Notes: a model not told the origin generated them from the letters alone. A stretch of DNA of 64,000 bases from Squalus acanthias (GCA_030390025.1 CM059432.1:55430001-55494000), one strand, 5' to 3'; counted from the stretch's first letter, positions 37,129-49,954 are shown. Made by a program: numbers and translations.

Positions 37129-37279
37129 TACAGTATGCAATCCAAGTGGGAGTTCGAATAAACCCTTCTATTGAATGAGCCAGTAATCCTCCTAGTGTCT
37201 TCATGAGCAGGTTACCAGACACAAATTTTGTTGAATGTTGGACTCAGCATATTACTTCGGCTCATTTTGTGAAACTTAC

Positions 37280-37507
37280 CTGTTCAGATCATACTGTACA
37301 TTCTGTGTCAGGTCAACATTCAGCAATATAAAGTCATGTATGTGACAGCGAGAGAATGGTGTCCTCAGTTTGCTTGCATTCAGCTTGCTGTTCCATTTCT
37401 GAATCCCACAGAGCGCGTAATGAGTAATCTTTGGTGTGGCTTCAATGTGCTGCATTACGGTCTTCAAAGAAACATTCTTTGTGGAAACTGTGGGCTCTTT
37501 TGTTTCA
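37280..37507 (-). CDS. GREB1L: GREB1L coding exon ([18 protein letters not shown]...NVQYDLN)
   Basis: Acceptor ttttaaacAG, donor GTAAGT. 228 nt, phase 2 to 2. Confidence 0.95.
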
Positions 37508-37861
37508 CTGTTTAAAAGAAATGTTAGTCAATTGTTTGTACAGGCCCGTATCATTTCACACATCCACATTCCTAACACCACATCAGTTTTTGCATTGAAA
37601 TAATCTAAGCTTCACCTCATTGTTGTCTGTGAATTCTTGTTATGCACAAAATGGCTGCAGCATTTGCCTCTATATAACAGTGATTGCACTTCAAAGTAAT
37701 TCATTGTATGTAAACTGCTTTTAGATGTTTCAGAGAGAAGCAAGAAGTTGCTTGTATAAAATGCAAATCTTTTAATCTTATTTTTTAATCTATCTGTCAC
37801 ACTGTGTGGGTGTGGTATTTCTGTATAGTATCTTAAAAAGTTTGCATCAAGTATTGGAAGA

Positions 37862-38286
37862 TGGGGTACTGGATTGTGAAGTGGGTTAGACACTGGCCTT
37901 TCACCTCTGGGTCCTGGCATCAAATTCAGCCCAGACTAAAGAAATGAACATCTCCTCTGTTTGTTAGCTGTAAGGGTCCTAAATGAAATAAGTTTGGACA
38001 GTCACAATCCAGCTCCTAGTGGGCATAGGCCTACTGCACAAAGCTGCCTTAATTAGCACTAACTTGACAATATCACTCAGGTTGGTGTTGGAGAAGGAAA
38101 CTGTCACATTGATGCAGTAAAGGATGCTGCTTTGAAGTTGGGACTGAGGCACATTGTTGAGGCAGTTTTATTCAGGATTTAGTTCTACTATACTTGACCT
38201 AGGAATGCTTGACGCTGGATACCTGAAATGGAAAGTGTTGAATCCCCAGCAGCATTCCTCACCTTCATTAGTACATTTAAAAAAAG
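37862..38286 (+). mobile_element. LF-SINE-like element, near full length
   Basis: Colinear blocks matching the recalled LF-SINE consensus: gcctttcacctctgg...caaattcagcccag; tgaaataagtttgg...tccagctcctagtggg; aattagcactaacttg; tgaggcacattg; A-tail. Confidence 0.6.
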
Positions 38287-38856
38287 TTAAATTGAGGATA
38301 TTGAGTCAAAAGCTGTCAAATTCTATATGATGTGAATAAATGCAGATATACATTTCAGTCTTGTATTGTAGAAACAGACAGTTCGAAAGTGCAATGCTAG
38401 GATATTTAGCTTCAGTTACTCTACAGATTTGGCAGACACATTTTCTATTGTAACAAAACAATTCCTGTCAGTGTTTAGACAGCTTCAAACTAACACTGTG
38501 TCACAGGCCAAAAACAGATCCTGGTTCAACTAAGGGTATTTTTCCAAAACGTCTTTTCTCTTTATAGATGTTGACTGACCTGTCGTGTATTTTCAAAATT
38601 TGCCATTATTCCTTTTTATTTTGCTGGTTCAACTGTTTTATTCCCAATTCAAGCTGTGTCAAGCAGAGAGGAGATAAACATCTCCCAGCAAGGGAAAGAG
38701 AAGATCAGAGTGGGAAGTCACTCCCGGGTATTCTATGGTACCATATCATTGCCGACTAGAGGGACATTGGCAGCAGCCTGGGAGCAAACATGCACATGGC
38801 CTGTCATAAAAAAGGGTACTCAGCCATGAAGACATTGCTGTATTCGCCTTTCTTAC

Positions 38857-39022
38857 CTGCTCGGTTCCTGCATATTATGAACATTCCAAAGGACACAAGA
38901 GTCATCCATGACAAGTATAAATGGCCACACACACTGTCGTTTGACCCCTGTCTCTTCTTGGCGGTTTCGTTCCAACTCCAAGTTGTGGTATGAAAGTTCT
39001 TTGATTAAAAAGTGGGCAGCAC
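38857..39022 (-). CDS. GREB1L: GREB1L coding exon ([20 protein letters not shown]...MDDSCVLWN)
   Basis: Acceptor ctcttcAG, donor GTAAGA. 166 nt, phase 1 to 2. Confidence 0.95.
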
Positions 39023-40412
39023 CTGAAGAGGTCAAACAGTTACACAAGGCATTACTCAATTCGTAAATCCATTTTTCTGGACAACTGCAGAAAAAAGGAT
39101 ACATTCACTTTCCTATTGGTTAAAAGTGTGATATTAAGTGAAAAATAAATGATAATTAGCCATTATTTGAAGAAATGTAGCTGTAGACTCCTCTCAATCC
39201 AAATTCATAGAGTATGATTGCTATCAGTTATCTTTGGTAAAGTCTTCATCCTTTGATTGAAGTTTATCCTTCACATAAACACAGATAGGTCCTTTGTCAA
39301 ATTGGTTTGGGGGGGGTGGGGGTGAAGAATTGGACAGTGTCCCATTAGCAGAAAACTTAGGGAGGCTGCTTTGGTGGTTCAGTGCCTCCCAAAGAAGACC
39401 ACTTTAAGCTGGAGCTGCAATAAGACACTCTTGGAAGAGTGAGATTAAGCCTCCCTCAACTGGTGCTCCAATATTGGTGTGGTCCTGAAACTTTTTACAA
39501 TGTCCTCTTGGCCTACCAGACAAACCACTCTGAAGTGTTTGTGCTGCTTTTCAGATTTGGCTGGGGAACCTGAAGGCTTACTCTCAGTATTTCCTGTCAG
39601 CATATCTTTGGGGAATTTCTGTTTTCCATTACTTTATTTTCATCATGCTTTTCTGGAAAGGTCAAGATAAACTGTATAATCTCGTGAGATTTTGCAGTTA
39701 GGAAGATAACAAAGATACAGATGATCAACGGGGAAAGGCCCAACGTGACAACCAAAGATGATGCTGCTCGCAAAATTGACAACCAATTATGAAAAAGGAA
39801 AGAAAGAACTTAAGAAACCTCTTTAAGTGGGGAGCAGCACTGAGACCTTTCTACTGTCAGTAAAGAATTATGAAGTTTTCGCAAGCAAAAAGCTCTCTAA
39901 GGGGCATTGCCCCATCACCCTTATTTGACAATGGACCATCCTAAAGTATATAGAGGATAAACAAATGAGGAACTATTTGATTTACAAGCTGAATACAAAA
40001 ACATCATAAATATTTTCATGTTTAGATATCTTGTATCACGTGTTAACAATAGTGTACTGTAAAATCCTTTGTTTTCATGGCAAATGTTCATGTTGTTGAT
40101 CATGAGTGAACAAAAATCTCTAATAAACATACACTCACCAAGTATTAGTCTAATGTGATTACTAAACGTCCAACAAAAGTAGATAGAAATATAAAAGAAC
40201 AACAATGAAATTCCATGGAAACAAATATTTGCAAAACGACTCCCATAAACCACTGCTTGGATCACTTACCAATTTCAATATAGTGTTGCAAACACTAGAT
40301 GAAAAAGACTTGCGTGGACTGCTTTACTGAAAATTAATCTACCTCACAACCTTATATAACACCTACTGCTCACTACAACATAACCAGAAAACATAAAGCA
40401 GTGTTTACTTAC

Positions 40413-40617
40413 CCACCCCTGCACCATTGAACATGCCTGGTAATACCAACATAATGTGGTTGGGCCAGTATTTTCGATAGAGAGGCATTTCAAACTCTTT
40501 AACCACAAGGATGTGAAGGTGGTTTGCACCCTCTATGGCATGGTAGAGGTTCAGAAGGCCATGCTCGTGCCGCCCTGTAGTAGGTGTAAAGATAGGACTC
40601 TTCACTAATTTTGGATT
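40413..40617 (-). CDS. GREB1L: GREB1L coding exon ([27 protein letters not shown]...[10 protein letters not shown])
   Basis: Acceptor gttttggcAG, donor GTAAGT. 205 nt, phase 0 to 1. Confidence 0.95.
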
Positions 40618-40834
40618 CTGCCAAAACAAATTAAGGAAAACATTGCTAAATAAAAGTAATTGCATCAAATTTGAGGCCATTCTTTTATACAATGAGTACA
40701 ACAGAGGAGCCTATGCATTACATAAATTTCCCAACATTATGCATCTGAAATTAGCAAGCAGTAGTGCTCATATTTATTAAGGGAATTTTAGACAAAATAG
40801 CTGCTATTCCGGCACACCAACACTCCAGATACTT

Positions 40835-41550
40835 TGGCACCGATATTTGGGGAGGGGTGCTCTTTTGCTTTCGGGAAACCCGGAAGAATGGGTTTCCCAC
40901 AGGTTTTTACGGCAGGACCTGATTAACATTTTGCGTCTTCAATTCCCGGCTGCAGCCAGCCAGATTGAGGGGCTGGCTGTCGGGTGGGTAGGCCTGCAAC
41001 AGCAGGCTGCAGCCGAGGAGGGAAGAGGGGATCAGAAATGCAGGAGGGGAGAGATCAGAGGCCGAAGTGGTGGGGAGACCGGAAGGGTCGGAGGGAGATA
41101 GGAATGGGCGGAGGGAGATCGGAGGCCACAGCCAGGGAGCGCAGAGGATGGAGGGAGGAGATCGCAAAGGCCGGGTTGGGGGCACATTGTAGCTCGGGGG
41201 GGGGTGGAGATTGGATGGTGAGGGGGCGGGGTCCAATCACAGGGGGAGGGGGGGGGGGTCCAATCGCGGGGTGGTCAGATCGAAGGGGAGGCTCATGGTC
41301 GATCGCAGGGTGGGGTGGGGGTAGAAGCAGGTTAGCTTTGTGGGCCAGGGGAGAGCCTAGTCCTGCTCCTCCTGGTCCACAAGCAGTGCTGGATCCAGCA
41401 GTCCTCGCCTCCCTTTAGCTGCTGGGTAACCCGAGACCCAGGAAACCCGATTGGCCAGGGTTAACCTAAAATGGAGGAAAATACTGAGGCACATTGCCTC
41501 ATTATACTATTTAAATAATGCCCATCCCACCACCGGAAGTGGCCCCAATT
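40835..41550. mobile_element. GC-rich non-autonomous DNA element with gatcg/G-run interior
   Basis: Internal gggaaacccg motifs and G-rich low-complexity core; family shared with 36606-37128. Confidence 0.45.
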
Positions 41551-42066
41551 CTTCAACAAGCACTTCCTGCAAGTCGTTTATGATTCTGATCCATCACAAA
41601 GGCATTGACTGTATTGCATCTTCGCAGTGGTACAATCTAGGAAATGAACTTTTCCCTAGGTGTTAATGGCAATAGAAATATTAACTGAGTAAATTAGAAT
41701 TAAAAACGGGTGATAGTAAATCAGCAGCCCATTTTACATCTCCCGATTTTTATTTCCATTGATTTCACCCGTTTTACACTATCGCACAAAGTCAAGGTCG
41801 ACCTCAAGTGGTAGACTTTTCCCATTGTTCCTGCCCGTCTCAGATATGATTACAACCTAAAATGGTTGCAAAGGGAATAGTAATTTTTTTTTAATGTACT
41901 TGTTAAAAGGCTTTTTTAGAAGTGTAAAGCCCTTGATAGAGGCTCATCGTGAGAACATTTTGCACAGAGGACTAAAAATGAAAACTGAGTTCTGAACTCC
42001 CATTCAGAACAGGGGTTAATCAGAAAAAAGCTGAAGATTTGGAGAATCAGGACAACTAGTACTTAT

Positions 42067-42202
42067 ACAAAAGCAAAATAGTGCAGATGCTGGAAATCTG
42101 AAATAAAAACAGAAAATGCTGGAAATACTCAGCAGGTCAGACAGCATCTGTGGAGAGAGAAACAAAGTTAACGTTTCAGGTCGATGACCTTTCATCAGAT
42201 CT
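42067..42202 (-). mobile_element. Short Penelope-like terminal repeat with intact hammerhead core (42166-42202)
   Basis: Minus strand reads agat-CUGAUGA-a-AGGUC(auc)GACCU-GAAA-CGU-U-aact. Confidence 0.7.
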
Positions 42203-43105
42203 ATGACCTCATCTCCATGTGTTTCGGCAATTAATCAGGCTTTCTGAACGTTTATACTGCCATTGGTAAACGCTTCAGTTTTGCACAATCTCACCATTTT
42301 ACAAGTGGATTCACTCTATTTCTGATAGTTATACGAAATAAGCCGCTTTTAACTGCTTGAAAAATGTGAAAGTTTTTTGTAATTTCTGTTAAAATCAGAT
42401 GTCACAAAATTGACCGAAGAAAAATGATGACCAGCCACCATTTTAAGTGGCACATATTAAAATCTACAATCTATTGCTTTATTATCAACATGGTAAGATA
42501 TCCCCCTAGGTTTAAATACTTTGAGTACAGAGCATTATAAGCCATTATTTATTTGTCTTCAGCATTTAGTGTGTTCAATAGAACAACAGTATAAGCTTTA
42601 AGGCAGTCATAATGAATAGCTTCACCCTTAAGGACCACTCACTAAAAGTATTCAGTCAATGTGCAGTAGTTAACAAAAAGACTGATAAAGCTCGATGACA
42701 CATCCTAGTAATGTGATTACAAGTCAAACTCTACAGTGTAAGTTTACTCCTGTATAAGGCTAATTGGTAAGGCTAGATTTAGAATACTGTACTACTTTCA
42801 GGCTCCTTAATTTCAAAAGGACATTGATGCATCAGAAAGAATTCAAAGTAGAGTGACAGAAATGGTTCTGCAACTTAAGCACGAGCTTCTAAAAAGGGAT
42901 TCACATATCTGAGCTCGTCTTCATGTAAGAAAACATGGTAAGGGTATATGATCTAGTTATTTAAAATAATGAGAAACCTGACTAATATAAAAAGGAAAGG
43001 GGAGATGACACCTTAATCTTACTTTAGGGTGAGAGGTGTTCATTTGTCCTGAATCTTGGCCAAACTCCCACAAAGCACAAATGGTTATTTCTTTTAACTT
43101 TAGGT

Positions 43106-43520
43106 GTCAGCCTTGGCTCAGTGGTAGCATTCTCGCCTTTGAGTCAGGAGGTTGTGGTTTCAAGCCCCACTCCAGAGACTAGAGTACATAATCCAGGCCA
43201 ACACTTTGGTGCAGTACAGAGCCAGTGCTGCACTGTCGGAGGTGCCGTCTTTTGCATGAGATGTTAAACCGAGGTATGGTCTTCCCTCTCAGGTGGACTT
43301 AAAAGCTCCCATGGCACTATTCGAAGAGGAGCAGCAGACTTCTGGCCAACATTTATCCCTCAATCAACATCATTAAAAATAATTATCTGGTCATTATTGC
43401 ATTGCTGTTTGTGGGACCTTACTGTGCGCAAATTGACTGCTGCGCTTCGCTACATTGCAACAGTGACTACATTTCAAAAATACTTCATTGGCTTAAAAGC
43501 ACTCGGGGACGTCCCAAGTC
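43106..43520 (+). mobile_element. DeuSINE, tail truncated
   Basis: Same head and Deu domain as 3271-3720. Confidence 0.85.
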
Positions 43521-43608
43521 CTTTCCTTCACAACAGAAATGTTTAAATCTCTATCAAAATAACATTAGCTCAGAATAATGTTTTTAAGGAGTTCATACAG
43601 TTGCTGAC

Positions 43609-43770
43609 CTTATCTGTGACAAGAGGTAGACGCATGCTTTCCAGATGTTTACCCTGCTGGCTGAAGACAAAATGCTGCTCCTTTGACTTGGGGATAATAA
43701 AATGAAGCTGCACTTCCTCTCCCAACATGGAGGAAGAAAACGTAAATGCATGTAGTGTGGAATCAAACAC
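43609..43770 (-). CDS. GREB1L: GREB1L coding exon ([22 protein letters not shown]...LPLVTDK)
   Basis: Acceptor tgtgtttcAG, donor GTCAGC. 162 nt, phase 0 to 0. Confidence 0.95.
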
Positions 43771-44096
43771 CTGAAACACAATTAGATCATGGATTCAATC
43801 TCTCCAATGAAGCTTTATACTTAAATTTCTGCAACAGGTAATCCTGGATATCATTAGTGAAATCTTATACAAACGCACTGTATGCCATCTGCACTGAATA
43901 ATATGAAGTGTGCTGGACTTAATTTTAGAAAATGATGATAAAGGAGCATCAGAATTAAAACTAATTTTAAAAAATGCAGAAGTAGTGCAGGTAGAGTAAA
44001 TGAAAGAGAAGACTGTAGGTATATAGGAAGAAAAGCGAGTAATGTATTCAATGATTAACTAAAGAGGATGTACATCAATAGCTCCCTGGACATATT

Positions 44097-44852
44097 GGCC
44101 CGTATTTTCCGATCGCAGGCCTCCCGCGTGCAGAGGCCTGTGATCTGGAAAAATCTACGCCCTTACCTGAGGGCTCCCAGGACGCACACACTTCCGATCC
44201 TGGGCCTCTCCAAACTCCAAGTGTGCAGGGCCCACATATCCCAGAGGCGCAGGCAGTTCGCAGCGTCCCTGGGATCACGTGGGCCATGGGGAGCCAATCA
44301 AAGAAGGGAATCTCCCTTCATACACTTAACAGGAAGACCTGTCAAATATATGAATGGAGATCACCCCAAAAACATAGTAAAACTTTAAATAAATTTTTTT
44401 TTTAAATCACATTTTTTAAATGACTTGAAATTACAATAAATTAAATATTTTAAACAAAAATTTAATTTTTTGAAAAAAATAATTGAAGTTTTTTACGGGG
44501 CTAAAAATAAACTTACCTTTTTAAAAGTATTTTTAAATGATAAATCAGTGAAATTTTTTAAAAAAACTTTTTTCAACTCTTATCCTGGTAAAAGCAGGCC
44601 TTACACCTGCTTTTACCAGGCGTAAGAATTGTAAGGGTTTTCTGCGGGCGGAGGGTCTCCAAAAAGCAGAACTATCCGCCCGCAGAGGCCCTTCTCCAGG
44701 GCAGGCGGAGGATCTGTCGAGAGAATTCTTGACAGATCGGAAATGCTGGTTTTCAGCGAATGCGTTGTGCGTGCCTGAAACCGGCATTTCCGATGTCCCT
44801 ACGGGTGGGTACACGGCGTGTACACACCCGTAGTGATCGGACTATCTGGGCC
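44097..44852. mobile_element. Harbinger-type MITE, TSD ATT, AT-rich centre
   Basis: TIR ggcccgtattttccgatc / gatcggactatctgggcc; att on both flanks; related to 62340-63082. Confidence 0.75.
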
Positions 44853-45753
44853 ATTAAATTAATACTGTAGCATAAACTTACAATGGTCTGTATCAGCAAG
44901 TTCAACAGGAATAAACATGAATCAAGCACAGGGCAAGATTGGTCATCTGTAACCTTAAGGACCTTGGACATGACCTTATATAGGATCTTCTTAGCTGGTG
45001 AGAAAAGTAAAGACAGAACGTTCCGGTTGTCCATAAAGCACTTTACATGCAATGGTACAATCAGGTTAGCAACCTTCTTGCTATAAAGTCCAGATTCTCA
45101 GAAGGATCCAACTGGAACTAGGTTCACCAGGGTGGCCTAGACATCAAAATAGTTGTCACATTGCTAGTGACTATAGCCTGATATGGGTTTCACTCGCCAA
45201 AAGATAGTGGGTGGCGGGCGAGCAGCTGTCATTTTCCTATTTGTCCGGCAGCCTGTGGCGGCTGTCTAATGGAGAAGATGGAAGTGTATACAACATTGTG
45301 GTGGTGTTGTATCTGCCTGAAAGTCAAATTTATGGCAGTTCTTATCCAGGATCCATGGCACACTTTATAACTGCTTTATAATCTTATATTTATCTATGCT
45401 AAGGAAGTGCTATTTTAAATCACACAAATTATAGGCCAAGTTTATGATACGGGAGATACTGAATGGTGGCTAAGGACTTCACCCATAAAGAGGGATGATT
45501 ACTCTTGCACACTCCCTAAAGGCTAGTTACACAGTGGCATTGGTAAAGCCTTGTGAACAGCTGGTCACACCTAACAATGGAAACTAAGGACTGCTCAGTG
45601 TGTTCAGTGACTTAAAAGAGGGAAGACAATATATATATTTTCCTTATATTAAATAAAATGAGAAAATGCCACTGGATATAAAAATTTTGATTAAAATGCA
45701 AAAAACTGGCCTACTAGGTTTAAAGACAGTAAATACCCATATCTGGTTCTGAC

Positions 45754-45896
45754 CTGTGTGGTAGGGTTGAAGTCTACGTAATGATGGCAGTGCTCACAAT
45801 GATGGAATGTGTTGTATGCAGCATACTTGGTTAGCATAATAGACACAGTCTCTCGTTTTGCTGATCCTTCACTCGGGCTGCGTTCTTTACCGCTTT
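45754..45896 (-). CDS. GREB1L: GREB1L coding exon (KRETVSIMLTKYAAYNTFHHCEHC)
   Basis: Translated by hand. Acceptor tgtattttccAG, donor GTCAGA. 143 nt, phase 1 to 0. Confidence 0.95.
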
Positions 45897-46397
45897 CTGG
45901 AAAATACAGAACATCTCATTATCAGCTACAATATACAAAAACTGCAAATAATTCACAAATATGTTGAAATATGACAGCAAGTGACTTGCAGCTTTTTAAA
46001 TACCTTGATGGACAAATATAGCATCACCATTTTTACAGATGAACCATTGGACACAATTGACATAAAATTCCTCTGTGCACCATTTTAACGAAGCTGTTAA
46101 TCTATTTATTTTACATGACTAAATGACTTTGTTAAAATAGCAAACAGATTTGACTATTTGTTTCAAATAGTCCACAGAGGCATTTCACCATTTATATATA
46201 ATTATCCTTAGTTGAGCTTCTGTTTTTAAAAGAATCTGTTCTTTGAAGGATCTCTATGCCACAACAGAAATCACAAAAACTTTTATAAATTGATATCTAT
46301 TAGTTTTTTAATGGAAAGGAATTGAACTTGCTGGCCCTTAAATTCATTAGTGCCTGAAACTGGGTGCGATTCCAGCGGCGCGCAGCAACAGTATGCT

Positions 46398-46910
46398 GAG
46401 GTTTGGGGAGGGAATTCCAAAGCTTAGGGCCTAGGGTCCTGAAGGCACGTTTGCCAATGATGGGGCAAAGGAAGTGGGGGATGCACAAGAGGTTGGAGGA
46501 ACCCAGGTTGTATGGCTGGAGGAGCTTACAGATATATGGAGGGAGGCCATGGATGGATTTGAACACTAAGAATTTGAAATTTGAGGCACTGGTGGACCGG
46601 GAGTCAATGTAGGTCAGCGAGCACAGGGGTGATGGGTAAACGAGACTTGGTGCGAGTTAGGATAAGGGCAGCAGTATTTTGGATGAGTTCAACTTTATAG
46701 AGGGTGGAAGATGGCAGACCAGCCAGGAGAGCATTGTCTAGCTCAGCTGAAGTCACATGGCAGTCAACTTGGCAATGGAGGTTATGTCAAGAAATGTCAC
46801 TGGTCGCATCATTACAGACTGTTAAAATCAAGTCTGGAGGTAACATAATTATGGATGAAGGTATCAGCAGCAGATGGGCCGAGGCGGTGCAGAGACGGGC
46901 GATGTTATGA
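46398..46910 (-). mobile_element. L2 fragment containing an 86-bp foreign insert
   Basis: FKSIHGL...GPKLWNSLPK; colinear with 4300-4720. Confidence 0.8.
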
Positions 46911-47276
46911 AAGAGTGACTTGAATGGCCATGCAGATTAGGTGCCGCTCCCCAAAAAAACGATCCTCTGTGTGAGTAATTGTCCTTGCCCCCAATATCTC
47001 AGCAATTGCTCTGGCTGCTCAATGAATAGATGAATTAACTTAGATAAATCATCATTGAGTACTTTTGAATGTGTTCCTTATATTATGTATGTATTACAAA
47101 TATATGTAAAGACTTATTGGAAGACTTTGACATTGAACCACATGTTGAAAGGTTGGAGGACAGACAGGTATTATAGACCATCAGCTCAACTGAAGTCACA
47201 TGGCAGTCATCTTGGCAATGGAGATTATGTCAAGAAATGTCACTGGTGGCATCATTACAGACTGTTACAAATATTG

Positions 47277-48258
47277 GGTCTGAATTTCCATTAGGGCCAC
47301 TCTGCCAGCAAGAGTGGTGGAGCAGATCTTAAGTCCACACAAGCCCAGGCTTTGCCCCAAATTATGGGGACGGGCTCATTTGCATCCATGGGGTGGAGAC
47401 ATTGCGCCAGTAAAGATACATCGTGGCATCCAGCCTGATGGGCCACCATGAAAATCAGAGGAGCATTGCACTGTTCTAAAGATGGAGGAGAGACCTGAGA
47501 AGGGTCCAACGATACACAGTGTGAATGACTCTTCAGCTCTGATAGGTGCCAGCAGGAACATAAGAACATAAGAAATAGGAGCAGGAGTAGGCCATTTGGC
47601 CCTTCGAGCCTGCTCTGCCATTCAATAAGATCATGGCTGATCTTCTACCTCAACTCCACTTTCCTGCACTATCCCCATATCCCTTGATTCTCTTAATATT
47701 CAAAAATCTATCGATCTCTGTCTTGAATATACTCAATGACTGAACCTCCACAGCACTCTGGGATAGAGAATTCCAAAGATTCACCACCCTCTGAGTGAAG
47801 AAATTTCTCCTCATCTCAGTCCTAAATGACCAACCCCTTATTCTGAGACTGTGACCCCTGGTTCTAGACTCCCCAGCCAGGGGAAACATCCTCCCTGCAT
47901 CTACCCTCTGAGGTCCTGTAAGAGCATTGTTGCGGTTAATCAATCCTCTCCAGGATCAATAACTTCTTGCTACAGAGCATTTGGGCCTTTCGTGAGGCCT
48001 CAGTGGGACTAAAGCCAACTCTTGGTTGGTCTTAATTTCACTGAGATCTAATCAGGATACACTGTGCAGAATTCCTGAGGTAGCCCAGGAACTCCTCCAA
48101 AACACACACACCCTTTGATGTAGTGGGGATGAGTGAAAAATTTACTGATGCTGCTCCCCCACCGGAAAATGGCTGACTGAAAAATAAAGAACAGAATCCT
48201 GGCGAAACTAGGCAGTTACACTGGAGAAGTGCCCAAGGCCCAAAAAGAATTTCGGGCC
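47277..48258. mobile_element. TIR element hosting a minus-strand CR1 3' fragment (47557-47910)
   Basis: Ends gggtctgaatttc / gaatttcgggcc; the CR1 piece has a cataagaacataagaa tail and RRNFFTQRVVNLWNSL. Confidence 0.55.
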
Positions 48259-48672
48259 TCTGGTCTTTACTAGGTAAAACAATGTATATGTGCTAGCCTG
48301 GCGGTATTATAGATGAAATCAAAAAGTAAATAGCAACAGTTAATGTATGGCAATTTTGAAATTTGCAGATGACACAAAACTTGGAAGTGTAGTAAACAGT
48401 GAGGAAGATAGTAATAGGCTTCAAGAGGACATAGACAGGCTGGTGGAATGGGCAGACACATGGCTGATGAAATACAATGCAGAAAAGTGTGAGGTGATAC
48501 ATTTTGGTCGGAAGAATGAGGAGAGACCATACACATGAAATGGCACAATTTTAAAGGGGGTGTAAAACAGAGAGACCTGGGGGTGTTTGTGCACAAATCT
48601 TTGAAGGAGGCAGGGCAGGTTAACAAAGCAGTGAATAAAGCATATGGGATCCTGGGCTTTATAAATAGAGGC

Positions 48673-49480
48673 CATGATGCGGAGATGCCGGTGTTGGACT
48701 GGGGTGGACAAAAATGAGAAGTCGCACAACACCAGGTTATAGTCCAACAGTTTTATTTGAAATCACGAGCTTTCGGAGCGCTGCTCCTTCGTCAGGTAAA
48801 GTGAGGGAATACAAATCAGCAAAGCATATATAGACAGAGAACAATGTGTTTCTGACTGCCCTCCATCACACCTCGGCAGAGATACAATCAGTCAGGAAGC
48901 ATTACATCAAAGACACAGCAAAATACAGCTAAGACAATGAGGTGGGGTCACAGGGGGTCCAACGTGTCAAATGACATTCAGCCTCGGATCTGCGGGTTAG
49001 CGTTCTCCAAGGCGGCCTTCGAGACACACGACAACGCAAAATCATCGAGCAGAAACTGATAGCCAAGTTCCGCACCCATGAGGATGGCCTCAACCGGGAT
49101 CTTGGTTTCATGTCACGCTACATGACGTAGAGTTATCCAGACTCGAGTCGTCGTTGTCTTGTTCACAGATGTGATTTCCAGTTTTAAAAAAAAGTAAAAA
49201 GCTTAACTGCAGACTGCAGCATTTGACACGTTGGACCCCCGTGACCCCACCTCATTGTCTTAGCTGTATTTTGCTGTGTCTTTGATGTAATGCCTTCCTG
49301 ACTGATTGTATCTCTGCCGAGGTGTGATGGAGGGCAGTCAGAAACACATTGTTCTCTGTCTATATATGCTTTGCTGATTTGTATTCCCTCACTTTACCTG
49401 ACGAAGGAGCAGCGCGCCGAAAGCTCGTGATTTCAAATAAAACTGTTGGACTATAACCTGGTGTTGTGTGACTTCTCATT
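48673..49480 (+). mobile_element. Penelope-like element: GIY-YIG C-terminus flanked by 264-bp inverted pseudo-LTRs, 15-bp TSD
   Basis: 48975-49130 reads HSASDLRVSVLQGGLRDTRQRKIIEQKLIAKFRTHEDGLNRDLGFMSRYMT*. Arms 48710-48973 and 49220-49483. TSD tttataaatagaggc at 48658-48672 and 49481-49495. Confidence 0.88.
48763..48799 (-). ncRNA. Minimal hammerhead ribozyme motif (mirror copy on + at 49394-49430)
   Basis: ttac-CUGACGA-a-GGAGC(agc)GCUCC-GAAA-GCU-C-gtga. Confidence 0.7.
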
Positions 49481-49641
49481 TTTATAAATAGAGGCATAGA
49501 GTACAAAAGCCAGGAAGTTATGTTAAACCTTTATAAAACACTAGTTCGGCCCCAGCTGGAGTATTGTGTCCAATTCTGGGCACCACACTTTAGGAAGGAC
49601 GTGAAGGCTTTGGAGAGGGTATAGAAGAGATTTACTAGAAT

Positions 49642-49954
49642 TTTTTTTATTCGTTTATGGGATGTGGGCGTCGCTGGCAAGGCCAGCATTTATTGCCCAT
49701 CCCTAATTGTCCTTGAGAAGGTAGTGGTGAGCCACCTTCTTGAACCGCTGCAGTCCGTGTGGTGAAGGTACTCCCACAGTGCTGTTAGATAGTTCCAGGA
49801 TTTTGACCCAGCGACGATGAAGGATCGGCGATATACATCTAAGTCAGGATGGTGTGTGACTTGGAGGGGAACTTGGAGGTGGTGGTGTTCCCATGCGCCT
49901 GCTGCCCTTGTCCTTCTAGGTGGAAGAGGTCGCGAGTTTGGGAGGTGCTGCCGA
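49642..49954 (-). mobile_element. 3' end of a poly(A)-tailed LINE (clade not determined), TSD AGAAT, nested in CR1
   Basis: agaat at 49637-49641 and 49955-49959; minus strand ends gaataaaaaaaa; CR1 frame resumes after the insert. Confidence 0.75.

Noticed and set aside
44880..45060. Possible ancient L1/Tx1 RT remnant on the minus strand (LSLL...KILYKVMSKVLK)
   Set aside because: The similarity is too short and degenerate to support without a profile search.
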